DNA of 41,211 bases from an uncultured Lachnospiraceae bacterium (GCA_958446945.1 CAUCYJ010000001.1:1-41211), one strand, 5' to 3'; shown: positions 1 to 9,435, counted from the stretch's first letter. The notes: generated by a model not told the origin, from the sequence alone. A program made the numbers and translations.

Positions 1-54
1 TAGAACTTGAGAAAAATTGATTCCTATCTCCATAGCTTCTTCATTTAACCATTC
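1..54 (-). pseudogene. HicB-antitoxin C-terminal (ribbon-helix-helix) remnant or micro-ORF, running off the window edge
   Basis: Minus strand 54->1 reads EWLNEEAMEIGINFSQVL, closely matching the Firmicutes HicB C-terminal motif (P-x-WLNE-x-A-x-x-x-GINFSQVLQEAL). The in-frame sequence upstream (IQKILNLKKKR) is not HicB-like and runs into the DUF5688 stop. Confidence 0.5.
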
Positions 55-91
55 CCTCTTCTTCTTTAAGTTTAGTATCTTCTGAATGAAT

Positions 92-943
92 TTAATCCTC
101 TGAACAGCAGGCTCTTAATTCCTTTTTCGCACAATCATAATAATACGCATGATCCCCAAGTACCTCTTCTTCTGCCACCTGTGTTTGATTAATCTCCCTG
201 ATCATTTCATTCAAATCACTGTACCCGGGACTTGCACTTTCCGGCACAATAATCACTTCATGAATGCTGCTCGGCAAAACAAAATAGTTCTCTCCCAACT
301 GTTCTCCGATCAAATACAATACTTCATCATATGCAATACATACTGCACCGAGACAGCGAAGGCTGTTCGATAATACAAACATAAAATCTTCCACTTCTTC
401 TTTAGGGGCTGCTCCCATAATTTCAGCCACAATCGAACTCATTGTCCGAATCTGAGCCGGGAGCAGCCGTACTGCATTTTCTTTTGCTTTCTTTAGCAGC
501 TCCTGCTCTGTAGCCGCACCGGCTTCATTAATATCAAGCAGCACATAAAATACAATGGCCAGATCAAGGAATGGCCAATACGGAATGGTTTCTAAGAGCT
601 CTTCATTTTTCTCTCGATTAATTACTTTCAAAACAATTCGATCTTTTACTTGTTCATATTCATAAAGAAACCTTGTTTCTGTGATTGGTTTCATACGAAG
701 TTCTCTGTAAAGCGATTGAATCTGTTCCGTAATATCTGCTAGTTTGACTCCTGTCCGATACTGTTGATAATATTCCTCCAAATAGATTGTCGGACTCATC
801 AACTGTCCTTTTTCCTGCAGCAACAACCCCTTTCTTCTGACTCCATTATTTTTTAAAGTATCCTGAATAGAAATTTCAATTTCTCCGGCAACACTTCCTT
901 TCATTTCCTGTTTTACTGCGTTGATAAACTGCTGATAATTCAT
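92..943 (-). CDS. DUF5688-family protein (unknown function)
   Basis: 283 aa ORF with RBS GAGAGGAG; family motifs KNNG, SPTIYLEEYY, FLDLAIVFY, MFVLSN, LPSSIHEVIIVP, MIREINQTQV, AYYYD. Confidence 0.8.
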   Translation of the reverse strand: MNYQQFINAVKQEMKGSVAGEIEISIQDTLKNNGVRRKGLLLQEKGQLMSPTIYLEEYYQQYRTGVKLADITEQIQSLYRELRMKPITETRFLYEYEQVKDRIVLKVINREKNEELLETIPYWPFLDLAIVFYVLLDINEAGAATEQELLKKAKENAVRLLPAQIRTMSSIVAEIMGAAPKEEVEDFMFVLSNSLRCLGAVCIAYDEVLYLIGEQLGENYFVLPSSIHEVIIVPESASPGYSDLNEMIREINQTQVAEEEVLGDHAYYYDCAKKELRACCSED

Positions 944-1059
944 ATATTCTCCTCTCTTTTATACAACGCCCATCTTGGAATTATGTACGGATCCGTACAG
1001 AAAATAGATTAAGAATGCACTGCCATAGAATAGGCAGTGCCAGAATATTATGTATCTTT

Positions 1060-1088
1060 ATTATAAATGGATTGCACGTAAATCTCAA
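1060..1088 (-). promoter_or_regulatory. Putative sigma-A promoter for the DUF5688 gene
   Basis: Minus strand TTGAGA-17 bp-TATAAT. Confidence 0.5.
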
Positions 1089-1127
1089 CCGTTTTTCTGA
1101 AAGTTTTATGCTACTTTACATTAAAAC

Positions 1128-2741
1128 TCAATAAATTTTCAGCAGCTTCATCATTCGTACCAATGTATTTCCCATATACATTTTTCTTAATTCCTCTTCT
1201 TTTATATGTGTCAGCAACACATAATATATGAAGTACAAAACTATTGCAGCCGAAATTGCCACAAGCAGACTTACTACAGAATTTTCAAACAAATACTCCA
1301 TAATTCCATAGAGAGCCATTGCCGATGCCGCCATACCAAACGCTGCCAGGCCCGGATATATATACGTCATCTGATATTCCGGCTGATACCGAATACATTT
1401 CCGAAGTGTCTTCTGGTTCAGCATACTCAAAAAAATACCTGCTGCCAAATTTGCAATCATCACTGAAAAACCGTCCAACGGAATCGCCGATGTAAGTACA
1501 ATTGTTAATACTACATTTACCAATAAAGCTGTCAGTTCATTTTTCGATAACACAGCAGACTGACCAATCTCTAGTAATACTCTTCCCGTAATTGCCGAAA
1601 GCGAATAAAATATCACTGCACAACTGCCAAACACCAGCATCCACCCTGCCATTTCTGTGTGTTTTCCGAAAAATATCCGCATCAGAGGAAATGCAAACGC
1701 TGATAAAAGCGCTGAAATTGGAATTACGAATAACATCGTATTCCGTATTCCATCGTTAATCTTCTGTTTCAAATCCCGAAATTTCCGCGACACAAAGCAT
1801 TTCCTTACATGAGAAGCCAGCATGGCAGAGGACACGCACGCCAATGTAAACGGAACTAAAAGCACTGATAAATACATCCCGCTAAATCTACTAAACATTT
1901 TCGCAACTGTTCCGCCGTCAATCCCCTTTTCTGCCATAATAGAAGCAAACAGCATCTGATCTATATAAATACCAGCCCCCAAAAATCCCATACTAAACGC
2001 AAGAGGCTTTATTTGCTGCAAAATACTTCTTTTCACACTCTCAACCCCCTCTGCATGATGTTTGTCATTTATAATATGTTTATGGATTTTCCGCCGATTG
2101 ATTGAAAATACCAGCATCATAACCAGTATCCCGCTCATTGCTCCTGTCATTGGACCAAATGCGCTTCCTGCCGCTTTACAGCTTGCCTTCGACACGGAAT
2201 CTACGCCATCAGCACAACTGCTCATCGCCATACCAACACCCAGAGTAACCGCCGCACCTACAGCTGCTTCGACAACTTTTGAAATGACTGTCGGCATCAT
2301 ATTACGATAAGCCCTAAAATATCCCTGCATGACTCCGAGAATTCCTGTAAGAAAAATAGCTGGCAGCAGAATACGAAATGCCGGGATAGCACCTTCCCCT
2401 CCCTTTGGAAGTAATTGCCGCGAAAACAAGTATGCACATGCTGCTGCAATCACACTGACAAACAGTACATACATTCCGCTTCCCACAAAAATCCGATGTG
2501 CATTTTTATATTGCCGATCTGCCAAACGTTCCGACATCAGTTCTGACACCGCTTCAGAAATCCCTCTCACAGAAAACAGCATGAGAAAAAAACAGGTCTG
2601 CCATGCATAATTGTAGTATGCATATCCCTGATCACCAATAATCTTCTTTAAAAAAATCCTGCATACCACGTCTACAAGAGCAACACTTAATCCGGCAAGC
2701 ACTAACACAGCTGTCGGCTCAATCGCTTTCTTCTTTCTCAT
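1128..2741 (-). CDS. MOP/MATE-superfamily oligosaccharide flippase (SpoVB/MurJ-like, divergent)
   Basis: 537 aa with about 14 hydrophobic segments; motifs IIGDQG.AYY, QYKNAHRIF, GYFR..RNMMPT.IS..VE typical of SpoVB/YtgP-like proteins. Start overlaps the upstream stop (ATGA). Confidence 0.75.
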   Translation of the reverse strand: MRKKKAIEPTAVLVLAGLSVALVDVVCRIFLKKIIGDQGYAYYNYAWQTCFFLMLFSVRGISEAVSELMSERLADRQYKNAHRIFVGSGMYVLFVSVIAAACAYLFSRQLLPKGGEGAIPAFRILLPAIFLTGILGVMQGYFRAYRNMMPTVISKVVEAAVGAAVTLGVGMAMSSCADGVDSVSKASCKAAGSAFGPMTGAMSGILVMMLVFSINRRKIHKHIINDKHHAEGVESVKRSILQQIKPLAFSMGFLGAGIYIDQMLFASIMAEKGIDGGTVAKMFSRFSGMYLSVLLVPFTLACVSSAMLASHVRKCFVSRKFRDLKQKINDGIRNTMLFVIPISALLSAFAFPLMRIFFGKHTEMAGWMLVFGSCAVIFYSLSAITGRVLLEIGQSAVLSKNELTALLVNVVLTIVLTSAIPLDGFSVMIANLAAGIFLSMLNQKTLRKCIRYQPEYQMTYIYPGLAAFGMAASAMALYGIMEYLFENSVVSLLVAISAAIVLYFIYYVLLTHIKEEELRKMYMGNTLVRMMKLLKIY

Positions 2742-3394
2742 AAAAGCTTCTCCATCGTCATTCTTCGTTCTTCAAATTGACTGTAAAAGTCCCTGTCTTC
2801 CTCATAAGCGGCTACATAGAATGTATTTAGCAAAAGCATCGTCACACTCTTTCTCCAATTCTCATCGGAAGATACGGCAATGCTTTTTTCTATTTTCTTT
2901 AGCAATTGATGCCAACTAAGAATATATGCTTCATAACGGTTTAATTCCGGTATCTCAAGCCATTTTTTTATCTTAATCTTCGTTTTTGACTTCGGGCATT
3001 CATGTACTTGAAGAAAATAAGCAAATCCTCCCCCTTCGTAAATTCGTCCAAGCGGAAAGAGCCTGCAAATGCCCGGACGAAATTCATGAATACTGCAGCG
3101 CCCTTCTTCATTGAGAAATGCACAGCATTCTTCTTGCCCCTTCATCTGTAAATTCGGAAGAATGATTCCGTCTACCATATTTAATTCCAGATATTTTTGC
3201 AACAACTCTTCAAATGTCATATGCAGGTTCACTTCCAACCGAAAAGCATCCATTGGATCCAACACAATGGAATTCCCCATCTTCTGGCAACAGTCACAAC
3301 ATCCTACACAACCTCCACAGTCAGCTTTTACCATATCATTGGCATGATACCGCTTCCCATCAGAGATTTCTTTCATATCTACATCTCGTTTCAT
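2738..3394 (-). CDS. YkgJ-family CxxCxxCC cysteine-cluster protein
   Basis: CGGCVGCCDCC, CAFL, CSIHEFRPGICRLFPL motifs. Confidence 0.85.
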   Translation of the reverse strand: MKRDVDMKEISDGKRYHANDMVKADCGGCVGCCDCCQKMGNSIVLDPMDAFRLEVNLHMTFEELLQKYLELNMVDGIILPNLQMKGQEECCAFLNEEGRCSIHEFRPGICRLFPLGRIYEGGGFAYFLQVHECPKSKTKIKIKKWLEIPELNRYEAYILSWHQLLKKIEKSIAVSSDENWRKSVTMLLLNTFYVAAYEEDRDFYSQFEERRMTMEKLL

Positions 3395-3511
3395 CTTCCG
3401 TTCTCCTTTATGTTCTGTTTTAATAGCTAATATAACCTAAATATAACACAAAACACTCCGCTAGCAAACCTATTTGGAATTTTGGCAATTTAACAACCGT
3501 GCTGACAGCGC

Positions 3512-3561
3512 AAAACAGGCATGTATACAGAATTTTATCATTCTATACTACATGCCTGTTT
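3512..3561 (-). terminator. Intrinsic terminator downstream of the hydroxyproline-type operon
   Basis: Inverted repeat AAACAGGCATGTA (3513-3525) / TACATGCCTGTTT (3549-3561), about 60 bp past the ALDH stop. Confidence 0.7.
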
Positions 3562-3623
3562 ACTTATTTTATCATTCAGAAATACTTTTATTTTATCTTT
3601 AATTGTCTGTTCTGAATATGCTA

Positions 3624-5036
3624 CTATTTGTCGTAAATCGTCTTAACCTCAAGGAATTCTTCGTATCCTTCTACACCACCTTCTCTTCCAAGTCCGGACT
3701 GTTTATATCCACCGAATGGAGATGCTACATCCCACTGACCTTCATTTACATAAACAGTACCTGTTTTCATCTGGCGAGCAACCATATTCGCTTCTTCTTC
3801 CGGTCCATATACAGCCCCTGCAAGTCCGTAGATACTATCATTTGCAATCTCTACAGCTTCTTCTACTGTATCATACGGAAGAACTACCAATACCGGTCCG
3901 AAGATTTCTTCCTGCGCAATTCTCATATTTCTTGTAACATCACTGAAAATAGTCGGCTCTGCTACATAACTGCCATTATCTTCCGGAACACCGCCAATAA
4001 GAACTCTGGCTCCTTCTTCAATACCAAGCTCAATATATTTCTTTACACGATCAAACTGTTTTCTAGAAGACAGTGGTCCCAATGTTGTGGCTGGATCGTC
4101 CATCGGTCCAAATTTATATTCTGCCGCCTGACGAACAAGAATCTCTTCTGCTTTCGCTAATTCATCTCTCGGCACAAGCATTCTTGTTAATGCATTACAT
4201 GTCTGACCAGCATTCAGCATGACTGTATCAAGAACACCTTTTACTCCATTCTCCCAGTCTCCTCCTTTTAAGAAGACTGCTGCTGATTTTCCACCAAGCT
4301 CAAGTGCAATTTTCTTAATATTTGTAAGACCCATGCGGGCAACTTCACGTCCTGCATCTGTAGAACCTGTAAAAGAAATCATATCAACATCCGGATGAAG
4401 TGATAATGCATTTCCTACTTCTCCTCCGCGTCCGGTAACAAGATTAAATACGCCGTGCGGATACCCTGCTTTGTCAATTTCTTCGGTAAGAATATATGCT
4501 GTTAAAGGTGTAAACTGACTAGGTTTTAGCACAACACAGTTTCCTGCAAGAAGTGCCGGAACAACCTTTTTCTCTATCTGCTCAAGCGGGAAATTCCACG
4601 GTGTCAATCCGCCAACAACACCAACTGGCTCTCTTCTTACTACTGATGTATTTCTCCGAACTTCATACTGGAAATTAGCTGCAACTTCAATATAATGCTC
4701 TGCTTCTAACAAGAATGGATCTGTATGTACATCTGCAGATACCGTATACGGTGATCCAAGTTCTTTTGTAATTGTTTCAATTAATTCCTGACGACGACTC
4801 TTAAGTCCTGCCACAACCTTTTTCATTAACTCTACTCGAGTTTCCAGTGGTGTATACTGCCATGTTTCAAATGCTTTTCTAGCAGCCTGAACCGCTTTAT
4901 CAACATCTTTTTCGCTTCCTCTTGGAACCCTGGCTACAACTTCATGTGTTGCCGGATCCTCAATATCAATCATTGCACCTGTTTCACCTTCTACCCATGC
5001 ACCATCAATATATAATTTACGAACATCCATTTCCAT
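3624..5036 (-). CDS. NAD(P)-dependent aldehyde dehydrogenase (probable 2-oxoglutarate semialdehyde dehydrogenase by context)
   Basis: PWNFP, KPS, FTGST, LELGGKS, catalytic Cys in NAGQTC, EEIFGP, PFGGYKQSG. Confidence 0.9.
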   Translation of the reverse strand: MEMDVRKLYIDGAWVEGETGAMIDIEDPATHEVVARVPRGSEKDVDKAVQAARKAFETWQYTPLETRVELMKKVVAGLKSRRQELIETITKELGSPYTVSADVHTDPFLLEAEHYIEVAANFQYEVRRNTSVVRREPVGVVGGLTPWNFPLEQIEKKVVPALLAGNCVVLKPSQFTPLTAYILTEEIDKAGYPHGVFNLVTGRGGEVGNALSLHPDVDMISFTGSTDAGREVARMGLTNIKKIALELGGKSAAVFLKGGDWENGVKGVLDTVMLNAGQTCNALTRMLVPRDELAKAEEILVRQAAEYKFGPMDDPATTLGPLSSRKQFDRVKKYIELGIEEGARVLIGGVPEDNGSYVAEPTIFSDVTRNMRIAQEEIFGPVLVVLPYDTVEEAVEIANDSIYGLAGAVYGPEEEANMVARQMKTGTVYVNEGQWDVASPFGGYKQSGLGREGGVEGYEEFLEVKTIYDK

Positions 5037-5048
5037 GATCTCCTCTCA

Positions 5049-5939
5049 CTATCTTAACTGGTCAAGAAACATTTCATTTTCCACAAATTTTTTCTCTTCT
5101 TCTGTCAGTTCCAAACGCGGACGACGAACATAACCACCGTTTAATCCTTTGAAGCTTAATGCATATTTTAATGCCTGAACAGGTTTCGGGAAAGATTCCA
5201 GAACATCAAGCGCCGGAAGAATCTGTTTATAGACTTCTTTTCCTTTTTCAAGATCTTTTTCTTCACATACTGATTTGTATAACGCTACACACTGCTCAGG
5301 TGCAATATTGGCCAACATGCTGATCCATCCGCACGCTCCGTCAGCAAAACTTTCAAATGCAAGATTATCACATCCACAGAATACAGACACCTCCTGAGGT
5401 GCATCCATTAACACTTCTGTCAGCTTATGCATATCTCCGCTTGATTCTTTTACAATTGCCGTATTTGGAATCTGGAATATTTCTTTAAATGTATCTCTTT
5501 CAATCGCAATACCCGCCGATCCAGGATTATTGTATGCAACCACTGGGAAATCAACATGTTCAGCAATATAGCGATAATGAGCTACAACTTCATCCTGTGA
5601 CGGATGACAGTAAAATGGCGGAAGCACCATTGCTGCATGACCGCCGCATTCCTTAATATTCTGTACAAGCTTTACAACATCCTCCGGACGTTCACGAGAT
5701 GCTCCTACAATCACACTTACCCGATCCTTAATATACGGAACGATTTCTCTTACATAAGCCATGTGTTCTTCATCCGACACACTCTGATATTCTCCTGTCG
5801 CTCCAAGAACACAAATTCCCTGCACACCTTTCTCGATCAGCCAGTCAAGATTTTTCTTGGCAGATTCAAAATCAAACTGTCCGTCTTCTTTGAATGGAGT
5901 TACTGCTACCGCGTAAACGCCTTTAAACTTTGGATTCAT
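5049..5939 (-). CDS. DHDPS/NAL-family protein (probable 1-pyrroline-4-hydroxy-2-carboxylate deaminase by context)
   Basis: TPF, GATGEY (not the DapA GTTGE), YNNP, Schiff-base Lys in VKESSGD. Confidence 0.85.
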   Translation of the reverse strand: MNPKFKGVYAVAVTPFKEDGQFDFESAKKNLDWLIEKGVQGICVLGATGEYQSVSDEEHMAYVREIVPYIKDRVSVIVGASRERPEDVVKLVQNIKECGGHAAMVLPPFYCHPSQDEVVAHYRYIAEHVDFPVVAYNNPGSAGIAIERDTFKEIFQIPNTAIVKESSGDMHKLTEVLMDAPQEVSVFCGCDNLAFESFADGACGWISMLANIAPEQCVALYKSVCEEKDLEKGKEVYKQILPALDVLESFPKPVQALKYALSFKGLNGGYVRRPRLELTEEEKKFVENEMFLDQLR

Positions 5940-5970
5940 AATGTTGTCTCCTCTCCTTTTTTAATATAAT

Positions 5971-7140
5971 TTATTTTTCTAAAAATCTTTCAAAACTAAG
6001 TGGACTCAAATCCATAAATGGCTGCTCTCCAGCGATGATATCAGCCATTACTTTTCCTGTAATCGGAGAAAGTCCAATGCCATCTCCCTCATGCCCTGCT
6101 GCAATATAGAAGCCTGGAATCGGTGTTCCAGAAACAATTGGCATATGATCCGGAGTATATGGGCGAAGACCGCTGTATCCGCGAATCACTTTGATATTAG
6201 CAATAACCGGGAAGAAACGGATAGCCCGTTCTGCCAACGCTTTCATAACATCAATTTCGCAGGAAACGTTTTCGCCTGCAAAACATCTGGAAGAACCAAT
6301 CAAGAAATTGTTGGATGCTGTTGGCTCAAATACAAATGCGACACCATTACGTTCAACACGTTCTGAAACCGGACGTTTGTAACCGCCATTTTGGAATTTA
6401 GTCAGCATATATCCAAATTCATGAACTTTTCTTCTTGCAACCTGGAAGGTTTGCTCTGAAACAAGAATCTGTCCCTGTCTTGCCTGAATCGGAATATCAA
6501 GTCCTACCATTTTACCAATTACCGGAGCCCAGACACCACAGGCATCTACAATATTTTTAGCATAAATATCTTCTTTTTCTGTATGAATAATAAATGCATT
6601 TCCGTCTTTCTCAATTCCTGTTACCCGATTATGAAGTGAAAGCACCGCTCCCTTTTTCTCTGCACCAAGGGCAAGCCCATATGCAAGACCAATCGGATAT
6701 ACCGATCCATCAGTAATAGTTTCCAGACCTCCATACACATCCTTTGCAAGAAATGGCTCATCGTCCTGAACTTCTTTCTGATCCATCATGCGCATCTGGA
6801 TACCGCATTTTTTCATATCTTCACAAAATTGACTAGCAATTTCAAATTCTTCTTCGGTTTCTGTCAGAAAAAGGCTTCCTTTCTGCTTCCACTCCAGATC
6901 ATAATCAAGTTCTTTTGCAAGTTCTGGAAACATTCTCTGGCTTTCTCTTGCAAATAATGCATCAAATCCAGGCTGTTTATCACAGACAAGTACGTTCCCA
7001 TCACTTCGGCTGCTTGTGGACTCTGCAATATCCCCCGCATCAATTAAAACAACTGATGCTCCCTTTTTAGCATTGTAATAAGCAACTGAGGAACCAACTG
7101 CTCCCGCACCAATTACAGCTACATCAAATGCTTTATTCAT
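5971..7140 (-). CDS. FAD-dependent DAO/sarcosine-oxidase-beta family subunit (catalytic D-hydroxyproline/proline dehydrogenase subunit)
   Basis: GAGAVG FAD motif, RGQI, YSGLRPYTPDHMP, AGHEGDGIGLSP; start at ATG 7140 after RBS GGAAAGGAGG. Confidence 0.9.
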   Translation of the reverse strand: MNKAFDVAVIGAGAVGSSVAYYNAKKGASVVLIDAGDIAESTSSRSDGNVLVCDKQPGFDALFARESQRMFPELAKELDYDLEWKQKGSLFLTETEEEFEIASQFCEDMKKCGIQMRMMDQKEVQDDEPFLAKDVYGGLETITDGSVYPIGLAYGLALGAEKKGAVLSLHNRVTGIEKDGNAFIIHTEKEDIYAKNIVDACGVWAPVIGKMVGLDIPIQARQGQILVSEQTFQVARRKVHEFGYMLTKFQNGGYKRPVSERVERNGVAFVFEPTASNNFLIGSSRCFAGENVSCEIDVMKALAERAIRFFPVIANIKVIRGYSGLRPYTPDHMPIVSGTPIPGFYIAAGHEGDGIGLSPITGKVMADIIAGEQPFMDLSPLSFERFLEK

Positions 7141-7978
7141 GATCACAAGCCTCCTTTCCATCTTCTGCCAGTTCACCGAATGTAACCGGACGAACCGGAG
7201 GACGATCTGTACTTCCTTTTATCTCATCTGTACGCTTTCCTGTTTCCTCTGCAAGAATTCTGCTTACCAGTTTACCGCATGTTCTTCCCTGGCAAAGTCC
7301 CATTCCTGCGCGGACACGGCGTTTAATCTCTGTCACAGAAGTCGCTTTATATTCACGGATTGCTTTTCTGATTTCCCCTGCTGTAATCTCTTCACATCGG
7401 CAAACAATTACATCATCATCAAGAACCCCTTCCGGTTCAATTCTCTCAAAGCCTTTCCCCGGTTCCGGAAGTCTCAGACGACGCATTGTTCTAACTTCAT
7501 CAATGTATTCTTTCGGAACTGCCATCGTAATGACCGGTGTATGATCATTTCGAACCGGATTCATAACTCTGACAACCGTTCCTTTACATACAAATTCTCC
7601 TCCACGGCTCAATGCATCTACCACATCTCCTTTTTCCGGAAGAGGAAGATATTCAAACGGAAAACTGATTGTTGCCTCTGTTTCACTATATGTTTTATCT
7701 ACAACAAAAATTGCAAGACCTGAACACGCTGCCACACACATTCCGCATCCGGTGCATTTTCCACGATCGATCTGTGGAGTATTTGTAATCGGCTCCCCAA
7801 CTGTAATTGCATGGAACGGACATGCCCCCTCACATGGATTACATGGAATTTCCTGTACACATTCTGCAATTGCCACCGGCCCTTGCGCAAAACGCTCTTC
7901 CGTCGGCCAGCCATTTGCTGCTTTAATCTCTTCCATTGTCGGATATCCGTCATAGATCACTCCTGATTTCTTTTCCAT
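7133..7978 (-). CDS. 2x[4Fe-4S] ferredoxin fused to a BFD-like [2Fe-2S] domain (dehydrogenase electron-transfer subunit)
   Basis: ECVQEIPCNPCEGACP and CTGCGMCVAACS, plus C-terminal VCRCEE...GMGLCQGRTC and RPPVRP. Confidence 0.88.
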   Translation of the reverse strand: MEKKSGVIYDGYPTMEEIKAANGWPTEERFAQGPVAIAECVQEIPCNPCEGACPFHAITVGEPITNTPQIDRGKCTGCGMCVAACSGLAIFVVDKTYSETEATISFPFEYLPLPEKGDVVDALSRGGEFVCKGTVVRVMNPVRNDHTPVITMAVPKEYIDEVRTMRRLRLPEPGKGFERIEPEGVLDDDVIVCRCEEITAGEIRKAIREYKATSVTEIKRRVRAGMGLCQGRTCGKLVSRILAEETGKRTDEIKGSTDRPPVRPVTFGELAEDGKEACDHE

Positions 7979-9063
7979 TATTTACGAGCCCCCTTTTCCA
8001 GCACTCTTTCCTTCGCACTCATTCTTCGTTCTCCAAATGGTCCCTGACGAAGTGATAAAAGTCGTTCATTAATTTCTTTCTTTCTCTCAACAGCCATTTC
8101 CGGCGCTAAATGCCCAAGAGCTTCTGCCGCTGCTGCACCGGCAAGACGACCTTCATCCATTGCCGTACTTGCTTCCTCAACTCCTGCTGTATCACCTGCC
8201 ACATAAATTCCGTCCACGCTTGTTTCCATATTTTCATCATGCATCGGCATCCAACCACCAAGCTCTGGAATAAACTCATGATGTACCCCTGCCATCTGCG
8301 CAAGCTCTGACAGCGGTCTTAATCCGACTGCGACACAGATGACATCTACATCAACTGCCATCTCAGTTCCTTTTAATATTTTTCCATTTTCAAATCTTGC
8401 AATAACAGCACGTTCTACTTTATCAGTTCCCTGTGCCTCTGCAATCGTATGTCCTAGGAAGAACGGAACACCGGCACGTTTTAATTTCGCTGCATGAACT
8501 CCGTATGCCCCAATCTTTGGCATTCCTTCAACAATCCCGACAACATCTGCCCCTGCTTGAAGTAGCTGATACGCAACAATTACTCCAACATTTCCTGATC
8601 CAACCATCAGAACACGTTTTCCCGGCAATACACGGTTTACATTTACCATTGTCTGTGCTGCGCCTGCTCCCATAACGCCCGGAAGTGTCCATCCTGGAAA
8701 ACGCAACGGATTTTCTGCTCCACCTGTACAGATTAGAAGTTTTTCTGCTTCTACAACCTCTGTCACACCGTCACGCAATACTGCTACACGCTTATCTGAG
8801 AAAATTCCGATCACAGCGCTGTTAAGCCAAACTTCAACGCCGCTTTCCTCTGTATCTTTTAATAGCTGCTTTCCGATATCAATTCCGCGAACTCCTGCAC
8901 TGTGAGCTTTGGAACCAAAGAATTTATGAAGCTGTTTGAAAAGCTGTCCTCCCGCCTTTCTATTTTCATCAATGACAAGCACTTCACACCCGTGGCTTTT
9001 CGCCTCAATTGCAGCTGCAAGACCAGCCGGTCCGCCGCCGATGATCACTACTTCTTTTTTCAT
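7978..9063 (-). CDS. NAD(P)/FAD-dependent oxidoreductase (HcnB/PdhA-like dehydrogenase subunit)
   Basis: IIGGGPAG, GGQL, FPGWTLPGV, second Rossmann motif VGSGNVG, YVAGD; start at 9063 overlaps the upstream stop (ATGA). Confidence 0.9.
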   Translation of the reverse strand: MKKEVVIIGGGPAGLAAAIEAKSHGCEVLVIDENRKAGGQLFKQLHKFFGSKAHSAGVRGIDIGKQLLKDTEESGVEVWLNSAVIGIFSDKRVAVLRDGVTEVVEAEKLLICTGGAENPLRFPGWTLPGVMGAGAAQTMVNVNRVLPGKRVLMVGSGNVGVIVAYQLLQAGADVVGIVEGMPKIGAYGVHAAKLKRAGVPFFLGHTIAEAQGTDKVERAVIARFENGKILKGTEMAVDVDVICVAVGLRPLSELAQMAGVHHEFIPELGGWMPMHDENMETSVDGIYVAGDTAGVEEASTAMDEGRLAGAAAAEALGHLAPEMAVERKKEINERLLSLRQGPFGERRMSAKERVLEKGARK

Positions 9064-9386
9064 TCCTGGATCCTCCTTTTTCCGTATCCTTCCTGTGTCT
9101 CGATTACCATACCATCTTCTACCGGAGTAATACATGTTCGTACATTAGGTTTTCCATTCACTGTCATAACACAATCTGTACACTGACCTATTCCACAAAA
9201 AATTCCTCGCGGTTCATGATTTTTTGCAGTATGCCTATGTACCATCATACCATTTGCCATCAAAACCGCCGCAATCATTTCTCCACTCCTTGCAGTCAAT
9301 TTCTTTCCGTCAACCGTAATCTCAACCATCTCTGCCGGTTCTTGATCTCCCAAAATCGGATGCTCTGTTACTCTCATTTCATCCAT
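9060..9386 (-). CDS. [2Fe-2S] ferredoxin-like subunit (HcnA-like)
   Basis: RGIFCGIGQCTDC...VRTC; N-terminal R..EHPILG motif. Confidence 0.9.
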   Translation of the reverse strand: MDEMRVTEHPILGDQEPAEMVEITVDGKKLTARSGEMIAAVLMANGMMVHRHTAKNHEPRGIFCGIGQCTDCVMTVNGKPNVRTCITPVEDGMVIETQEGYGKRRIQE

Positions 9387-9435
9387 GTTTCTACCTCTCC
9401 CTTCTTCTTAACCTTCTTCTTAATTATGCTAGTTG

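Noticed and set aside
5049..5939. dapA (lysine biosynthesis)
   Set aside because: GATGEY/YNNP instead of GTTGE/YNVPxRT, and no dapB or asd context.
5971..9386. Hydrogen cyanide synthase (hcnABC) or sarcosine oxidase call
   Set aside because: Same superfamily, but the flanking racemase, DHDPS-fold enzyme and ALDH, and the extra 4Fe-4S subunit, point to imino-acid catabolism; no folate-binding domain is present.
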